Shown in pieces: positions 41,275 through 55,090 of a stretch of 64,000 nt of DNA (position 1 is the first letter of the stretch; every line of letters begins with the position of its first letter). A model generated the notes under the pieces. The model had not been told where the DNA came from and made no database searches. It saw nothing but the letters and a program-made list of their open reading frames with translations. A program made the position numbers and the translations under genes. Source of the DNA: Eledone cirrhosa (Eukaryota); assembly GCA_964016885.1 (NCBI GenBank), contig OZ024740.1, forward strand, positions 214,892,001 through 214,956,000, given 5' to 3'.

Positions 41275-41542
41275 CTATTATAGTTATAACATGGGTGTGT
41301 GTGTGGGTGTGAGTGGGAGAGACAGACAGAAAGAGAATGGTATCATTTTCTGCTTATTTTTCCTATGCTCTCATGGACTGGACATGTTTCAGCACTCATC
41401 ACTGTATTTCAGCAATGTGTATTCCAATATATATATATATGTGTGTGTGTGTGTATGCAAAAAGTAAATGAAAACAAGAAAGAAAACAACACAGTATAAT
41501 GAAGAAATATATTAGTTTAAAACGTGATATTGTAGGAAAAAG

Positions 41543-41580
41543 TATTTACGTTTCAGAAACTAGTCCTTCATCAGAAGATA
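41543..41580 (-). ncRNA. Minimal type I hammerhead ribozyme-like motif (degenerate)
   Basis: Minus strand reads TATCTT-CTGATGA-AGGACTAGTTTCT-GAAAC-GTA-AATA. It lies within a microsatellite-flanked element at about 41455-41810. Confidence 0.55.
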
Positions 41581-41805
41581 GAATGAGAAAGATGAAACAG
41601 AAAGATAGAAAGTAAGAGGAAGGAACAGAAGAAAAAAAACATTTTCGACAAAAAAGTACGTTTTTTCAGTCAGCCATTTTGGGGAAACTCAACGACTGAG
41701 ATCTTGCCATTTTAACAGCAAATTCCAAGCTGGAGATTTATCTTTCTGCTGTGGATAAGCCATCTCATCAGGGGAATAGCCTAAGATGATTGACACATGG
41801 AGTAA

Positions 41806-41852
<47 letters not shown>

Positions 41853-42620
41853 TAAATTAGCGAGAATCGTATTTCGGCTTAGGAATTAACGAAAAACAAC
41901 CTCCGAGATGTGTGGCAAGCGCTCAGTGATTCAGATGAACCAGAGCTACAACATACGTTAAAGGCCAAACACACTGAGACGATGGTTAAACCAATCATCC
42001 GCACAGCCAAAAAAAACGACCAAGTAATTTGGGTCAAACAAATAAAAATATATGTGATTGAAAATACTTTGGGAGGGTCATGTTGCCAATAAGAAACACA
42101 CGCAGCAGTTGCTTTCACTCCAATTTCACATAAATTAAATTTATAAATTTATTGACAACATGACCCTCCCAAAGCATAACAATATCGGTTTCAACACACG
42201 TTTTCAGATAAAAAATCTTGCTAAACAAATTCAGAAACGAAATATATATATATATCATCATCATCATCATCAACGTTTAACGTCCGTGTTCCACGCTTGC
42301 ATGGGTTTGGACGGGGGTTTTCCCACTTGAGGCAAGAGTGATTGTCTTGCTCGCATAGGACTGTCTGGCAGGTTTTCTACAGTTGGATGCCCTTCCTAAC
42401 ACCAACCACATTTACAGTGTGGGTCTGGGAAGTTTTTACCGTGTTGCCTACACGGCCACATTACAGCGTGGACTGTGTGTTTTTTTGTCGTGACACCTAC
42501 ACGATCTCACTTGTTTCGGCCTGGATGGTGTGGCACCAACATAACTTTACATAGAAGGGGGTGGTATATATATATATATTGTGTGTGCATGTGAGTATAT
42601 GATAGAAATCAGTAATATAA

Positions 42621-42811
42621 TTGTTTCTACTTTTGGCACAGGGCCAGCAATTATCCCAGTGTATTACTGGTGATTTATTTTATCGACCTCGTAAGGATGA
42701 AAGGCAAAGTTAACCTCGGCAGGATTTGAACTCAGATCATAAATGGCTGTAACTCTATGCTGCAAAGCATGGCATCAGACCCTCTACTGATACTGCCAAT
42801 CCACCACCCTC
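42621..42811 (-). mobile_element. SINE family A with 14-bp TSD
   Basis: TSD AATCAGTAATATAA at 42607 and 42812. Confidence 0.88.
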
Positions 42812-42949
42812 AATCAGTAATATAAGAAAAGCCATATGTATTTGTCCATAATGCACTAGAGATGACTGAGGAAGGAAGGAGTGATGACAAACTCCAGAAA
42901 ACAGCATCTGTGTGTGTGTACGTATTATAGTGAATTGGCTTCACACATT

Positions 42950-43122
42950 GGTTGTTAGGGTCGGACGCCATGCTTTGACGCGTAGAGTTACGGCCCTTGC
43001 CATTCTGAGTTCAAATCCCGCTGAGGTTAACTTTTCCTTTCATCCTTACGGGGTCGATAAAATAAAGTACCAGTAATAAACTGGGTAATTGCTGGCCTTG
43101 TGCCAAAAGTAGAAACAATTAT
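42950..43122 (+). mobile_element. SINE family A in the opposite orientation to its neighbours
   Basis: GAGTTCAAATCCCG...CCTTTCATCCTTACGGGGTCGATAAAATAAAGTACC...GTAGAAACAATT. Confidence 0.88.
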
Positions 43123-43572
43123 TATGTGAGTGATTGTGTTTGTGTAAATTATATTTATATATAATATTTATGTGAGTGTTTATGTGTTTGTGTTTATTTT
43201 GACAAATACATAGACAATAGAATTACTAACACACATGAATGTACACATACATATATATAAACAGACACACTTAGAAAAAATAATTGTTACATACACACAC
43301 CTCTATGTGATGATTGAGGAAGGAGGGGAGGTGAGTAACTATAGAAGTCCAGTGTTCTGAGATTCGTCACAGCTGTGTGTTTGTATCATTTGTGTGAGTG
43401 AGCACAAAAGAACCAACCAACCTACCAGCCAACCAACAAACAAACATCTCTTTTTTATATCATGTATAGCTGTCATTTTTGAAGGCATGGGGCCATCTAG
43501 TTTAATATAATTATTACTAAAATCTAAAGCTGAACAAGACCCAAGATGAAAGAGCTTCTATTGATATATAAT

Positions 43573-43757
43573 TGTTTCTACTTTTTGGCACAAGGCCAGC
43601 AATTACCCAGTGCATTACTGGTACTTTATTTTATCGACCCCGTAAGGATGAAAGGCAAAGTCAACCTCGGCGGGATTTGAACTCAGATCGTAAAGGGACG
43701 TAACTATGCATCAAAGCATGGCGTCCGACCCTCTACCGATACTGCCAATCCACCACC
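43573..43757 (-). mobile_element. SINE family A with 18-bp TSD; further copies near 44120, 44338, 55576, 57781 and 58757
   Basis: TSD CTTCTATTGATATATAAT, with the A and B boxes on the minus strand. Confidence 0.9.
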
Positions 43758-45154
43758 CTTCTATTGATATATAATAACCTTCATTTAGTTTCTTAATGTC
43801 TCCTATTGTAGATATTAAAATGACATAATCTACAGTCAGAGATTCAAACTGAAAATCATGAAATGAAATGCACATTCAATTAATATAATATAATCACAAA
43901 TAATTTTGTTATATTTAACTTTATATAATGTTAAATAACAATATGTATTATTCTGTAATGTTGAAAGGATTGGTGGTAATTGAATTATAATTGAAAACCT
44001 TAGAAACACAATATCAACAAAGCTCAATTGACTGCCAAGAAATTTAAATGTATTTAAAATACTCCTCCTCCTCCCCCTTCTCCTACTACTACTACTACTA
44101 CTAATGATAATAATAATAATTGTTTCTACTTTAGGCACAAGGCCAGCAATTACCCAGTACATTACTGGTACTTTATTTTATCGACCCCGTAAGGATGAAA
44201 GGCAAAGTTAACCTCGGCGGGATTTGAACTCAGAATGGAAAGGGCCGTAACTCTATGCGTCAAAGCATGGCGTCCGACCCTCTACCGATACTGCTAATCC
44301 ACCGCCCTTGATAATGATAATGATAATAATAATAATGATTTCTATTATAGGCACAAAGCCAGCAATTTTGGAGGAGGGGAATGTTGATTAAATAAACACC
44401 AGTGTATTACTGGTATTTTATTTTATCGACCCCGTAAGGATGAAAGGCAAAGCTAACCTCAGCAGGATTTGAACTCGGACCAAAAAGGGCTGTAACTCTA
44501 TGCTGCTAAGTATAATGTCCAATGCTCTACTGATTCTGCCAATAATAATGATGATATCTAATTTTGACACAAAGTTAACTAATTGGGGTGGGGTGGGGGT
44601 GGGGAAAACTTAATTCATCTTCTTTTTCACCCACTTATTCCTAAGAGGGTCGTGGGGGCAGACAACCGCAAGTAGCAGCTCTACTTGGAGTGACTCTCCC
44701 ATCTACGCACTATATCAAATAACGCTTCTCCAAAATTCCTCAAAGGAACCCCATTATAACCACATGCCTATAGTATCGGAGCTCTGATCTCTCAATTCAG
44801 AGAAGTAGCGGCTCTACCTGAAGTGACTCTCTGATCTCCAAGTTACACACTCTATCAAATAACATTATTCCAACTACAGCCATCAATCACAATTGTGTAT
44901 GACTTGGTAGTATGTACCATTCTTCCACTAAGTGTTTTAAGTGTTCATGCAGTTGCAAACAGTCAGATGCATCTTCACAACAACACACCCCACCTCTCCC
45001 ACTTACTTTGATCCAGGGGAACATTGAAGATGTGAAAGATTTTAAGAAGAATCTCAGAATGTAAAGAACCAGAACAAATACATCAAAACATCACTTCCAA
45101 CACTCACTTTAATAATTCTGCCAATCCAACCCATTGCCCATTTTTAGATTTGTT

Positions 45155-45352
45155 AGGGTTAGCTGAAATGTTCATGGGCTAACTATGAAAGATTGATGCT
45201 AGAGCTGTGAAATCTTGCATGCATTAATTTCCTCTTTTCTTATTAATAACTGCATTGTTTCTTTCTGGAGACCATGTTGAAAAATAAACCTCATTTGGTC
45301 ATTCCATGAGAGTATCTTGGTCAGCCAATGAACTTTTCAGCTGAACTTCATA
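45155..45352. mobile_element. Mariner-type MITE, monomeric
   Basis: TIRs GCTGAAATGTTCATGGGCT and AGCCAATGAACTTTTCAGC around a single internal unit. Confidence 0.78.
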
Positions 45353-45514
45353 TAACACATTCTCTAACATAACTAATAGAAGGTACTGAAGCACATCCTA
45401 CAAACACCATCAACAACTCTACAACTTCCATTCTACACAATTACCACATCTTGATATAACAGAACCCACATGGCGCATATACTATACACAATCACTCTAT
45501 AAAACATGACACAA

Positions 45515-47947
45515 CTGACAGCAACAGACATGGACTGTAATGATAACCCAACACATATGGAGTGTAATGACAGCAACACATGGACTGTAATGATAACCCA
45601 ACACATATGGAGTGTAATGACAGCAACACATGGACTGTAATGACAGCAACACATAGACTGTAATGACAGCAACACATGGACTGTAATGACAGCAACACAT
45701 GGACTGTAATGACAGCAACACATAGACTGTAATGACAGCAACACATAGACTGTAATGACAGCAACACATAGACTGTAATGACAGCAACACATAGACTGTA
45801 ATGACAGCAACACATGGACTGTAATGACAGCAACACATAGACTGTAATGACAGCAACACATAGACTGTAATGACAGCAACACATAGACTGTAATGACAGC
45901 AACACATAGACTGTAATGACAGCAACACATAGACTGTAATGACAGCAACACATAGACTGTAATGACAGCAACACATAGACTGTAATGACAGCAACACATA
46001 GACTGTAATGACAGCAACACATGGACTGTAATGACAGCAACACATGGACTGTAATGACAGCAACAGATAGAATGTAATAACAGCAACACATGGACTGTAA
46101 TGACAGCAACAGACATAGACTGTAATGACAGCAACACATGGACTGTAATGACAGCAACACATGGACTGTAATGACAGCAACACATGGACTGTAATGACAG
46201 CAACAGACATGGGCTGTAATGACAGCAACACATGGACTGTAATGACAGCAACATGTGGACTGTAATGACAGCAACACATGGACTGTAATGACAGCAACAC
46301 ATAGACTGTAATGACAGCAACACATGGACTGTAATGACAGCAACACATAGACTGTAATGACAGCAACACATGGACTGTAATGACAGCAACACATGGACTG
46401 TAATAACAGCAACACATAGACTGTAATGACAGCAACAGCCATGGGCTGTAATGACAGCAACACATGGACTGTAATGACAGCAACAGGCATGGACTGTAAT
46501 GACAGCAACACATGGACTGTAATGACAGCAACACATGGACTGTAATGACAGCAACACATGAACAGTAATGACAGCAACACATTAACTGTAATGACAGCAA
46601 CACATATACTGTAATGACAGCAGCACATGGACTGTAATGACAGTAACACGGACTGTAATGACAGCACCACATGGACTGTAATGACAGCAACACATGGACT
46701 GTAATGACAGCAACACATGAACTGTAATGACAGCAACACATGAACTGCAATGACAGCAACACATGAACTGTAATGACAGCAACACATGAACTGTAATGAC
46801 AGCAACAGATGGACTGTAATGACAGCAACACATAGACTGTAATGACAGCAACACATGGGCTGTAATGACAGCAACACATGGACTGTAATGACAACAACAC
46901 ATTGGCTGTAATGACAGCAACACATGGACTGTAATGACAGCAACATGTGGACTGTAATGACAGCAACACATGGACTGTAATGACAGAAACATGTGGACTG
47001 TAATGACAGCAACACATGGACTGTAATGACAGCAACACATGGGTTGTAATGACAGCAACACGTGGACTGTAATGACAGCAACACATGGACTGTAATGACA
47101 GCAACAGACATAGACTGTAATGACAGCAACACATGGACTGTAATGACAGCAACATGTTGTCTGTAATGACAGCAACACATGGACTGTAATGACAGCAACA
47201 CATGAACTGTAATGACAGCAACACATGAACTGTAATGACAACAACACATGGGCTGTAATGACAGCAACACATGGACTGTAATGACAGCAACACATGAACT
47301 GTAATGACAACAACACATGGGCTGTAATGACAGCAACACATGGACTGTAATGACAGCAACATGTGGACTGTAATGACAGAAAGATGTGGACTGTAATGAC
47401 AGCAACACATGGACTGTAATGACAACAACACATGGGCTGTAATGACAGCAACACATGGACTGTAATGACAGCAACACATGGACTGTAATGACAGCAACAC
47501 AGACTGTAATGACAACAACAGGCATGGACTGTAATAACAGCAACAGACATGGACTGTAATGACAACAACAGGCATGGACTGTAATGACAGTAACACATGG
47601 ACTGTAATGACAGCAACAGACATGGACTGTAATGACAGCAACAGACATAGACTGTAATGACAGCAACACATTGCCTGTAATAACAGCAACATACATAGAC
47701 TCTAATGACAGCAACAGACATGGACTGTAATGACAGCAACACATGGACTGTAATGACAGCAACAGACATATACTGTAATGACAGCAACACATGGACTGTA
47801 ATGACAGCAACACATGGACTGTAATGACAGCAACACATGGACTGTAATGACAGCAACACATGGACTGTAATGACAGCAACAGACATGGACTGTAATGACA
47901 GCAACACATGGACTGTAATGACAGCAACACATAGACTGTAATGACAA
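45515..47947. repeat. 23-bp minisatellite, about 105 copies
   Basis: Unit ACAGCAACACATGGACTGTAATG. Confidence 0.98.
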
Positions 47948-49559
47948 CCCAACATAATATAGAAACTCACAAATACCATATTCTACTCAATAAATAAATA
48001 AATACAGCACAAAAGTAACAAAACAATATTATCACCATTGTTTTTATGTCCACTTTTCTATGCTGGGTTGGACCGGATATTGTCAGACATTGTTTTACAA
48101 TCTGATGCCAACACTTTTAGTCACCTCTAGTAACATACAATGATATGTTATGCATGCATGTTGCAGTAATTCCTGAGGGAGTCGTAGGGACACTGTATTG
48201 ATATACAGCATTTTTAAACATGGCAGAGCCCATCCCTCCCCAGATCTGAATACAGCAGATTTCTTCCAGAGAATGAGAGATAGAGTGAGGGAAAGGAAGT
48301 GAGAAAGAGATATAGAGGAACAATTGGTACTTATTTTATTGACCTCAAATGGATGAAAGGTAAAGATAACCTCAGCGAATTTAAACTCAGAGAGCAGAGA
48401 GTCGGAACAAAAACCACAGAGCATTATTTCTGACATTCTAATGAATCTGCCAATTCTATATCTTATATCAATACTTACTCTGCAACTTAATATGCATTGA
48501 GTATTATCCTGATTTTGCAGTCTTCCTGAAAAACATTCTATACAATGCTCTAATAACTCTACAAATTTGCCACCTTACAGTGATATGGTGTGTCTGTCCT
48601 AAAAACTAGAATACACATGGCAATGAGTGTCAAATAATTCTGCAGATAGACACAAGAGAGAATTATAAAAACAAATCCTATCCTAACATTATTGGAAGAG
48701 GAATATTCTAAGAAGAGTGATTCTCTCTACTTCTTTTTTACCTGTTATTAATAACTTTTTAGTAACAGTTTAACCCAGACTGAACTCAGAAACCAATATT
48801 ACAAGCAGACAATCAGCCATTCTTTACATATGAATGTCCTCACATTGTCAACTGCAGGTAATAAATAACTGGAAATACTGTTACAAACACTACCTGGATT
48901 TATTTAAATAATTTATATACAATTTGGTTTACAAAAATGCAACTTTAAAGAGAAGAAAATTAACACAAATGTTTTTTAGATAAACAGAGATAAAAGAATT
49001 ATGCCAAACACTCACTTATAAATAAATACATAGGAATTAATGAAGTAGACATAGTACAAAACACAAAAGTGAAAGCAAAGAGACACACACACACATGTGC
49101 ATTAGATTAATACTTAAAAGAGAGTTTAATGTAAAAGCATCAATACTCTAGCTGTGTTCCAGTCATAAATTATAGTTATAATATCCTCAACTAGACAATA
49201 ATCAATGTATTTAGAATATTTAGAATACACCTGAAGTACAACACAGAATGATTACATTTACCATGAATATAGAGAGGTAGGTACTCCTACAACTACTGTA
49301 AGATTTCTTACAACCACAGCATCGTGGGTTTGATTCCTGGACTAGGTTGCGTGTTGTGTTCTTGAGCAAAACACTTCATTTCATGTTGCTCTAGTATACT
49401 CAACTGAAAATGAGTACCAGCAATAGCTGGGGTTTAACCCTGCAATGGACTGGTGTCCTGTCCAGGGAGGAGTATTGTACTCTCAATCACTTAACACCAT
49501 AGAAACTGAGATAAGCACTGGCCTGATGAGCCTCTGGGCTCGAGACAGACTTTAGACTG

Positions 49560-50075
49560 TAAGATTACAAAATAGCTAGTAGAAAATAATAAGAAACTAA
49601 TACAAAGAACAAAAGAAAATTTGTATCTGTCATTGAGGAAGCTGAGAAAACAATAAAAGACAGCTTTGGGTAACAGACAGTTATGAAGAAAATGGACATA
49701 CAACAACAACTACAACAGAAGTTAGTAAAAAAAATAACATCTAAACTGAAAAAAAAACTCGGAAAAATGTCACAAGAAAACTCACCATATAACCAAGCAA
49801 ACTGAAAGTGGATAAAAGGATGATAAAATATCTGCTCTTGAGGAGAAAATACTAGAAACAAAACTGAGACAAAAGTACTTTTTTTATTGATGCATAAGAT
49901 TGAAAGAAATCTTTCTCACAAGGAACTCCAAAAGACATAATGAAATAGAATATGAAATGTAATTAGAATTTTATGGAGGTTGTGAGAAAACAATGAATTA
50001 TATAGTTTCTGGCTGTTGTGAGAAAACAATGAATTATATAGTTTCTAGCTGTTGAAACTCAGTCAAAAGAAGGGA
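49560..50075 (+). mobile_element. Highly degenerate R4/Dong-like LINE fragment
   Basis: Remnants resembling LK.ETE.F..AA.D and ETMNYIVSGC (the CCHC region). Confidence 0.45.
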
Positions 50076-52029
50076 CTTATGTTGATATTTTGGTGTTGTG
50101 TAACTAATTACTTCAACAGGTTGCTATCATATGTGTGTGTGTGTGTGTGTGTTTATAGCTTCTTCTCCCCTTCTCCACTACTGTAGGGTAGAGAAGGCTC
50201 TTCAGTTGAGTCATCAATAACCAATAATTTCTCTAGTGCTGATGCCACAAAGAATGTATCCAGTGCACCCTGTAAGGTGGTTGGCAATAGTAAGAGCAAC
50301 CCGCTGTAGAACCCTATAACATAGAGAACCATTGCGAGTTTCTATAAGAAAACCTGACATAACTCACAGATAATGTTTGTATTTGGAGCAAAGTACCAAC
50401 GAAATGGAAGGTAACAGGGTTGTGAAATGGTAAATAAGCACTATTTACCATAGCATAGCACTATCATATAAATTTCCATCTGGCTGGAATTTAGGTCTCA
50501 TAAAAGATAAGAGACTGGCATGGTAAGATTAGAAGAGAGAAGGGAGTCAAGGAATAGTAAGAGGTAGCTAAAAGAGAAGTTAGACATCAGGTATATGTAG
50601 AAAGGAAGGAAGCTGATTGTAAGATATTTTACCAATGTTCTGTGATAAAGTGTCCTCTTGCAGACAACCTCGATAATGAATAACAGAGACCTTATTATCA
50701 TAAAAGCTAAGAAACAGATATGGGAAAATGAACCCTTTTGTTACCATCCTGGCCCAAACCGGCTTCGGTTCTATGAAATAAAGTCACTCATTTTAAAGAT
50801 TTCCAATTTATATTAAAATCTTCTAAAATAATTTTATATAAGAACCTTACATTATGTTACGAATAAAATAATTAATAATTATAATAAACCCTTCAAAATT
50901 CTTCATTAATTCATTGAAACAGAGTGTGATTCATTAGAAATGCGGTCATGAAAGTGTTAAAAAAGAGCAGGGGGTGAGGGAGTAGTAAGACATAATTAAA
51001 AGAGAAGTTAGACATCAGACATATGTAGAGAGGTAGGAAGCTGATTGTAAGATATTTTATCAATGTTCTGTGATAAAGTGTCCTCTTGAAGGTCACCTCA
51101 ATAATAAATAACAGAGACCTCATTATTAAGGCTGATGACTTGGGTAATATCATGATGGCTATTCTAATATTCATTGATATATTCGGACATTTTCTACTTT
51201 AGTTATCACCAGATAAAATTTCTCACAATTTTTATTTACATTAGATTCATAAGGAATACAAGCTCTTGTTGTAGGATGCAATTGTTTGGTTGATCTGCTC
51301 CAAACCCTCCATCATCATCATCATTATCATCATTTTTACATCCATTTTTCCATGTTTGCATGGGTTGGATGGGTTCTTCTCAGCACAGCACCTCTCCATT
51401 GACTGCATTCCTTCGTCATGTTTCAATGATTTGAAGCCAGCTCTCACCACATCTTCCCCGAGTCTTTCTTGGTCTACCTCTACTATGGCTTCCTTCTACT
51501 GGCATTTCTTGGCACTTCTTCACTATTGTATATATCTCAAGTTTTGATACATATGTGAAACAATTAAAAGTAAAATTAGTCCCTTTTTTCCCAATGAGCT
51601 TTAGTAATCAGTTTCATATACCATATCAGACCCACTTGTGAATATCAATTCAAGATGTGAGCCTCATTGTTTTCTGTCAATTATGTTGGTATGTGGACAT
51701 GTTGCTAATTAAATCACCTAGGTAAGAGAAGCTATCAACTACTTCTATGGAGTCTTCCAAACATTGGAAAGAATTTATTTCCCATGGTGCTCCTACTGTT
51801 AACTACTTCTGTACATCTGCCATATCTACAGTATTCCCCTCAGGAGGCCTGAAATCTAGCCAACATGGCCACTTCGCAGAGAGAAGTATATTCAATCCTT
51901 ATATATTCACTATAGAAACTTATTTTCTTGAGATTTAAAGGTGTTAAATTTTGTTATCGTTTCCTCTCAATCAATTCCTGGTAATAAACATCCTCCATAA
52001 TTAGCAGGCATGATTTCTCTTTTTATAAG

Positions 52030-52468
52030 CCACTCGTGTAGGTGTCATGACAAAAAGTACTCAGTACACACTGTAAAGTGGTCATGTAGGTGTCACGACT
52101 AAAAGCACCCAGCCAATACTGTAAGGTGATTTTGTTGGTGTCACAACAAAAAACACCCAGCACACACTGTAAAGTGGTCGTGTAAGTGTCACGACAAAAG
52201 TCACCCAGTCTACACTGTAAAGTGATTGTGCTGGTGTTATGACAAAAAGCACCCAGTCCTCACTGTAAAGTGGTTGCGCAGGTGTCACAACAAAAAGCAC
52301 CCGGTACTCAATGTAAATTTGGTTGGCGTTAGGAAGAGCATCCAGTCGTAGAAACCTAGCTAGAGACAGATCTGTATGAGCAAGACACGGTCATCTGATT
52401 TGACAATGGGACAACTCATCTAATCCATGCTAGTGGAAAATGAATGTTTAATGATGATGATGATGATC
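52030..52468 (+). mobile_element. SINE-like element with internal ~48-bp tandem units and an RTE-like tail; relatives at 32380-32710, 53470-53840 (-) and 56165-56780
   Basis: CACACTGTAAAGTGGT..CACAACAAAAA units, then TTGGCGTTAGGAAG.GCATCC...CCATGC...(ATG)n. Confidence 0.7.
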
Positions 52469-54751
52469 TATTAATTCTCACAGTCCTTCATATTTCCTCC
52501 CATCCTCTTCTTTCTCTTCATCATAAGATGACCTGTAAATTAGGAGCATCAATTAAGGTATACTTTTTTTTATAAGCAGTTCAAATTTTTAGCCAATGCT
52601 GTGATGTGTAATTGAATATACTCAGACAGATGTAAAAGTTAAATCGTGCATAACTACAGCTGGTCTGAGAGCTAATGAGATGAAATGATGTTTGCATGAT
52701 CTTCTCTCATTCACTTTATACCTTTGCTCCTTTCTTCCTATCACTTCTGCAATCCAAAATACATCTAGCCATTGATTTCTGTCCTTTGAGGTAAATTTTA
52801 CCCAACTCAGACATTAACGGCATTTTGCTGTTCTAACAGCTTTTCTTGTGTTGAGTTTTTCTCATTATTCTTTGAATGTAAATAAAAGTTTTTATCATCT
52901 ACATATATCTGTCCATGAAGAGAGATATATAGCTTATAGTTATTTACAGCCACTAAATCTAATGACTTCACTGAAGTACATTAGTTTCATTTGTATATTT
53001 AGTGCTATCACTGGCTACATATTTAATTATTGATGTGTAAAGTAGCATGTGTGTTTAGTACTTTGAAATGTATACACTCTACTACATATAAAAAAAGATA
53101 TACATTAATCTCCATTTTGAAATATCAAACAGATATATTATCTAATAATTATTATTAATTAATTAGAACTGATGATGAGAATAAGGATAAGAAGGTGAGG
53201 AAAAGGTTTACTTGGATTGTTATAGATATAGAATTGAATTATATAAGTAACTTTATCATTTTGCTAGTCTCACATATTTTTAGATCTTTCTTTTCTCCAC
53301 AACTCTCAATCTCTGATATATCAATTACTTATTTGATATCTTCCTTCGCTGTATACAAAATTTCCTATTACAATCTATAGATTACAACAATGAATATAAT
53401 AAATTATAATAGTTTTGATATTAAATATATTCACCATTCGTTGAAATCATCATCAACATCATTATTATCACTGTTTAACATTCATTTTTCCACACTAGTA
53501 TGGGTTAGACAAGTTGCCCCATTGTCAAATCAGATGCTCATACAGAACTGGTTCAGGCTTGGTTTCTATGGCTGGATGCCCTTCCTAATGCCAACCACAT
53601 TTACATTGTGGACTACATGCTTTTTATTGTGGCACCAAAACGGTCACTTTACAGTGTGGACTGGGTGCTTTTTGTCATGTTGCCAAAACAACTACTTTAC
53701 AGTGTGAACTGGGCACTTTTTTCATGTCACCGACACAACCACTTTACAATGTGGACTGGACACTTTTTTGCTGTCACCAACACAACCAGTTTACAGTATG
53801 GACTCGGCACTTTTTGTCAGGACATCAAGATGACCACTTTCAGAGTCTATTTAATTGTCCTTTCTTTCCATCTAAATTGCTGGCCTTTTGTCTAAATAAG
53901 AAACCGTTATTATTGTCTCAATTAGGACGGAGAATTAGCAGTATCAGTAGAATGTTGGACATTTCGTGATATATAGTTACAGCTTTTTATGCTCCGAGTT
54001 CAAAACCTGATGAGCTTATCTTTACAGGGTCGATAAAATAAAGTACTAGTAACAGCCCCAGCATGGCCTCAGACAGATGGCTGGAACAGGTAAAAGAGTA
54101 AAAGAGGGTCAATTTAATCAACTTTCTCCTTTCCTTCTAATTGCTAGCCTTGTGCTTAATGTAGAAAACATTATTATTGTCTCAGCACTTTCCACTCATT
54201 GACTCCTTTCATATTATGTTCTTATAAAATAGAACAGCAACAGAATATGATATACTCTACTTAAGCTACTTATTTTATTGCATGCATGGACCTGTAACTC
54301 CAGAGGGAGTCATAGAGCCGCCACAATGAGATACAACATCTCTAGGACATTATTAAACCTGGCTGAGGCCAGCCCCTCTCCATGTCTGAATACAGCAGAT
54401 TTCTTCCTGAGAAGGATAGAGAGTGAAAGAAAGGAAGTGAGAAAGAGATATAGAGGAAGAATCAATCCCAATACTAAACTCGTACTTTTTTTATTGACCT
54501 GAAATAGATGTAAGGCAAAGTTGACCCTCAGTGGGACTGAACTCAGAGAGGAGAGAGTTGAAACAAATACCGTAAAACATTCTGACTCTGCCAATTCACT
54601 GCCATATATTTCATTATCCCCAGATAAAAAGGAAAATCAGTTTCAATTCAATTTGAGGTCAAAACTAGCCACAATTAACTAAATACAATAAAGTATTTTA
54701 ATCCAGTGCTGCAGTTTCTTGGCTATTGTTTCCACCTTATATATGTATTGT

Positions 54752-55090
54752 ATGAGGGTGGACTGAAAAGTTCATAGGCTAACTATGAAGGAGTGATGCT
54801 AGAGCTGTGAAATCTTGCATGACATTAATTTTAACTCTTCTTATTAATAACTACATTGTTACTTTCCAGGGACTATATTGAAAAATAAACCTCATTGGGT
54901 CATTCCATGAAACTATCTTGGTCAGCCTATGAACGAGTGATGCTAGAGCTGTGAAATCTTGCATGTAATAATTTCAACCCTTCTTCTACATTGTTTCTTT
55001 CCAGGGATTGTGTTGAAAAATAAACCTCATTTGGTCATTCCAGGAGAGTATCTTGGTCTGTCTATGAACATTTCAGCCGACCCTCATATG
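54752..55090. mobile_element. Mariner-type MITE, dimeric, with TA ends
   Basis: TIRs TATGAGGGTGGACTGAAAAGTTCATAGG and CTATGAACATTTCAGCCGACCCTCATA. Confidence 0.85.

Noticed and set aside
45433-47979. Cys-rich ORFs up to 812 aa
   Set aside because: The 23-bp satellite is open in all three minus frames and has no unique coding sequence.
48579-48598. Possible 20-nt minus-strand micro-exon (ttttag..gtaagg)
   Set aside because: Its translation does not resemble the expected RELCH sequence, and it is unsupported without RNA data.
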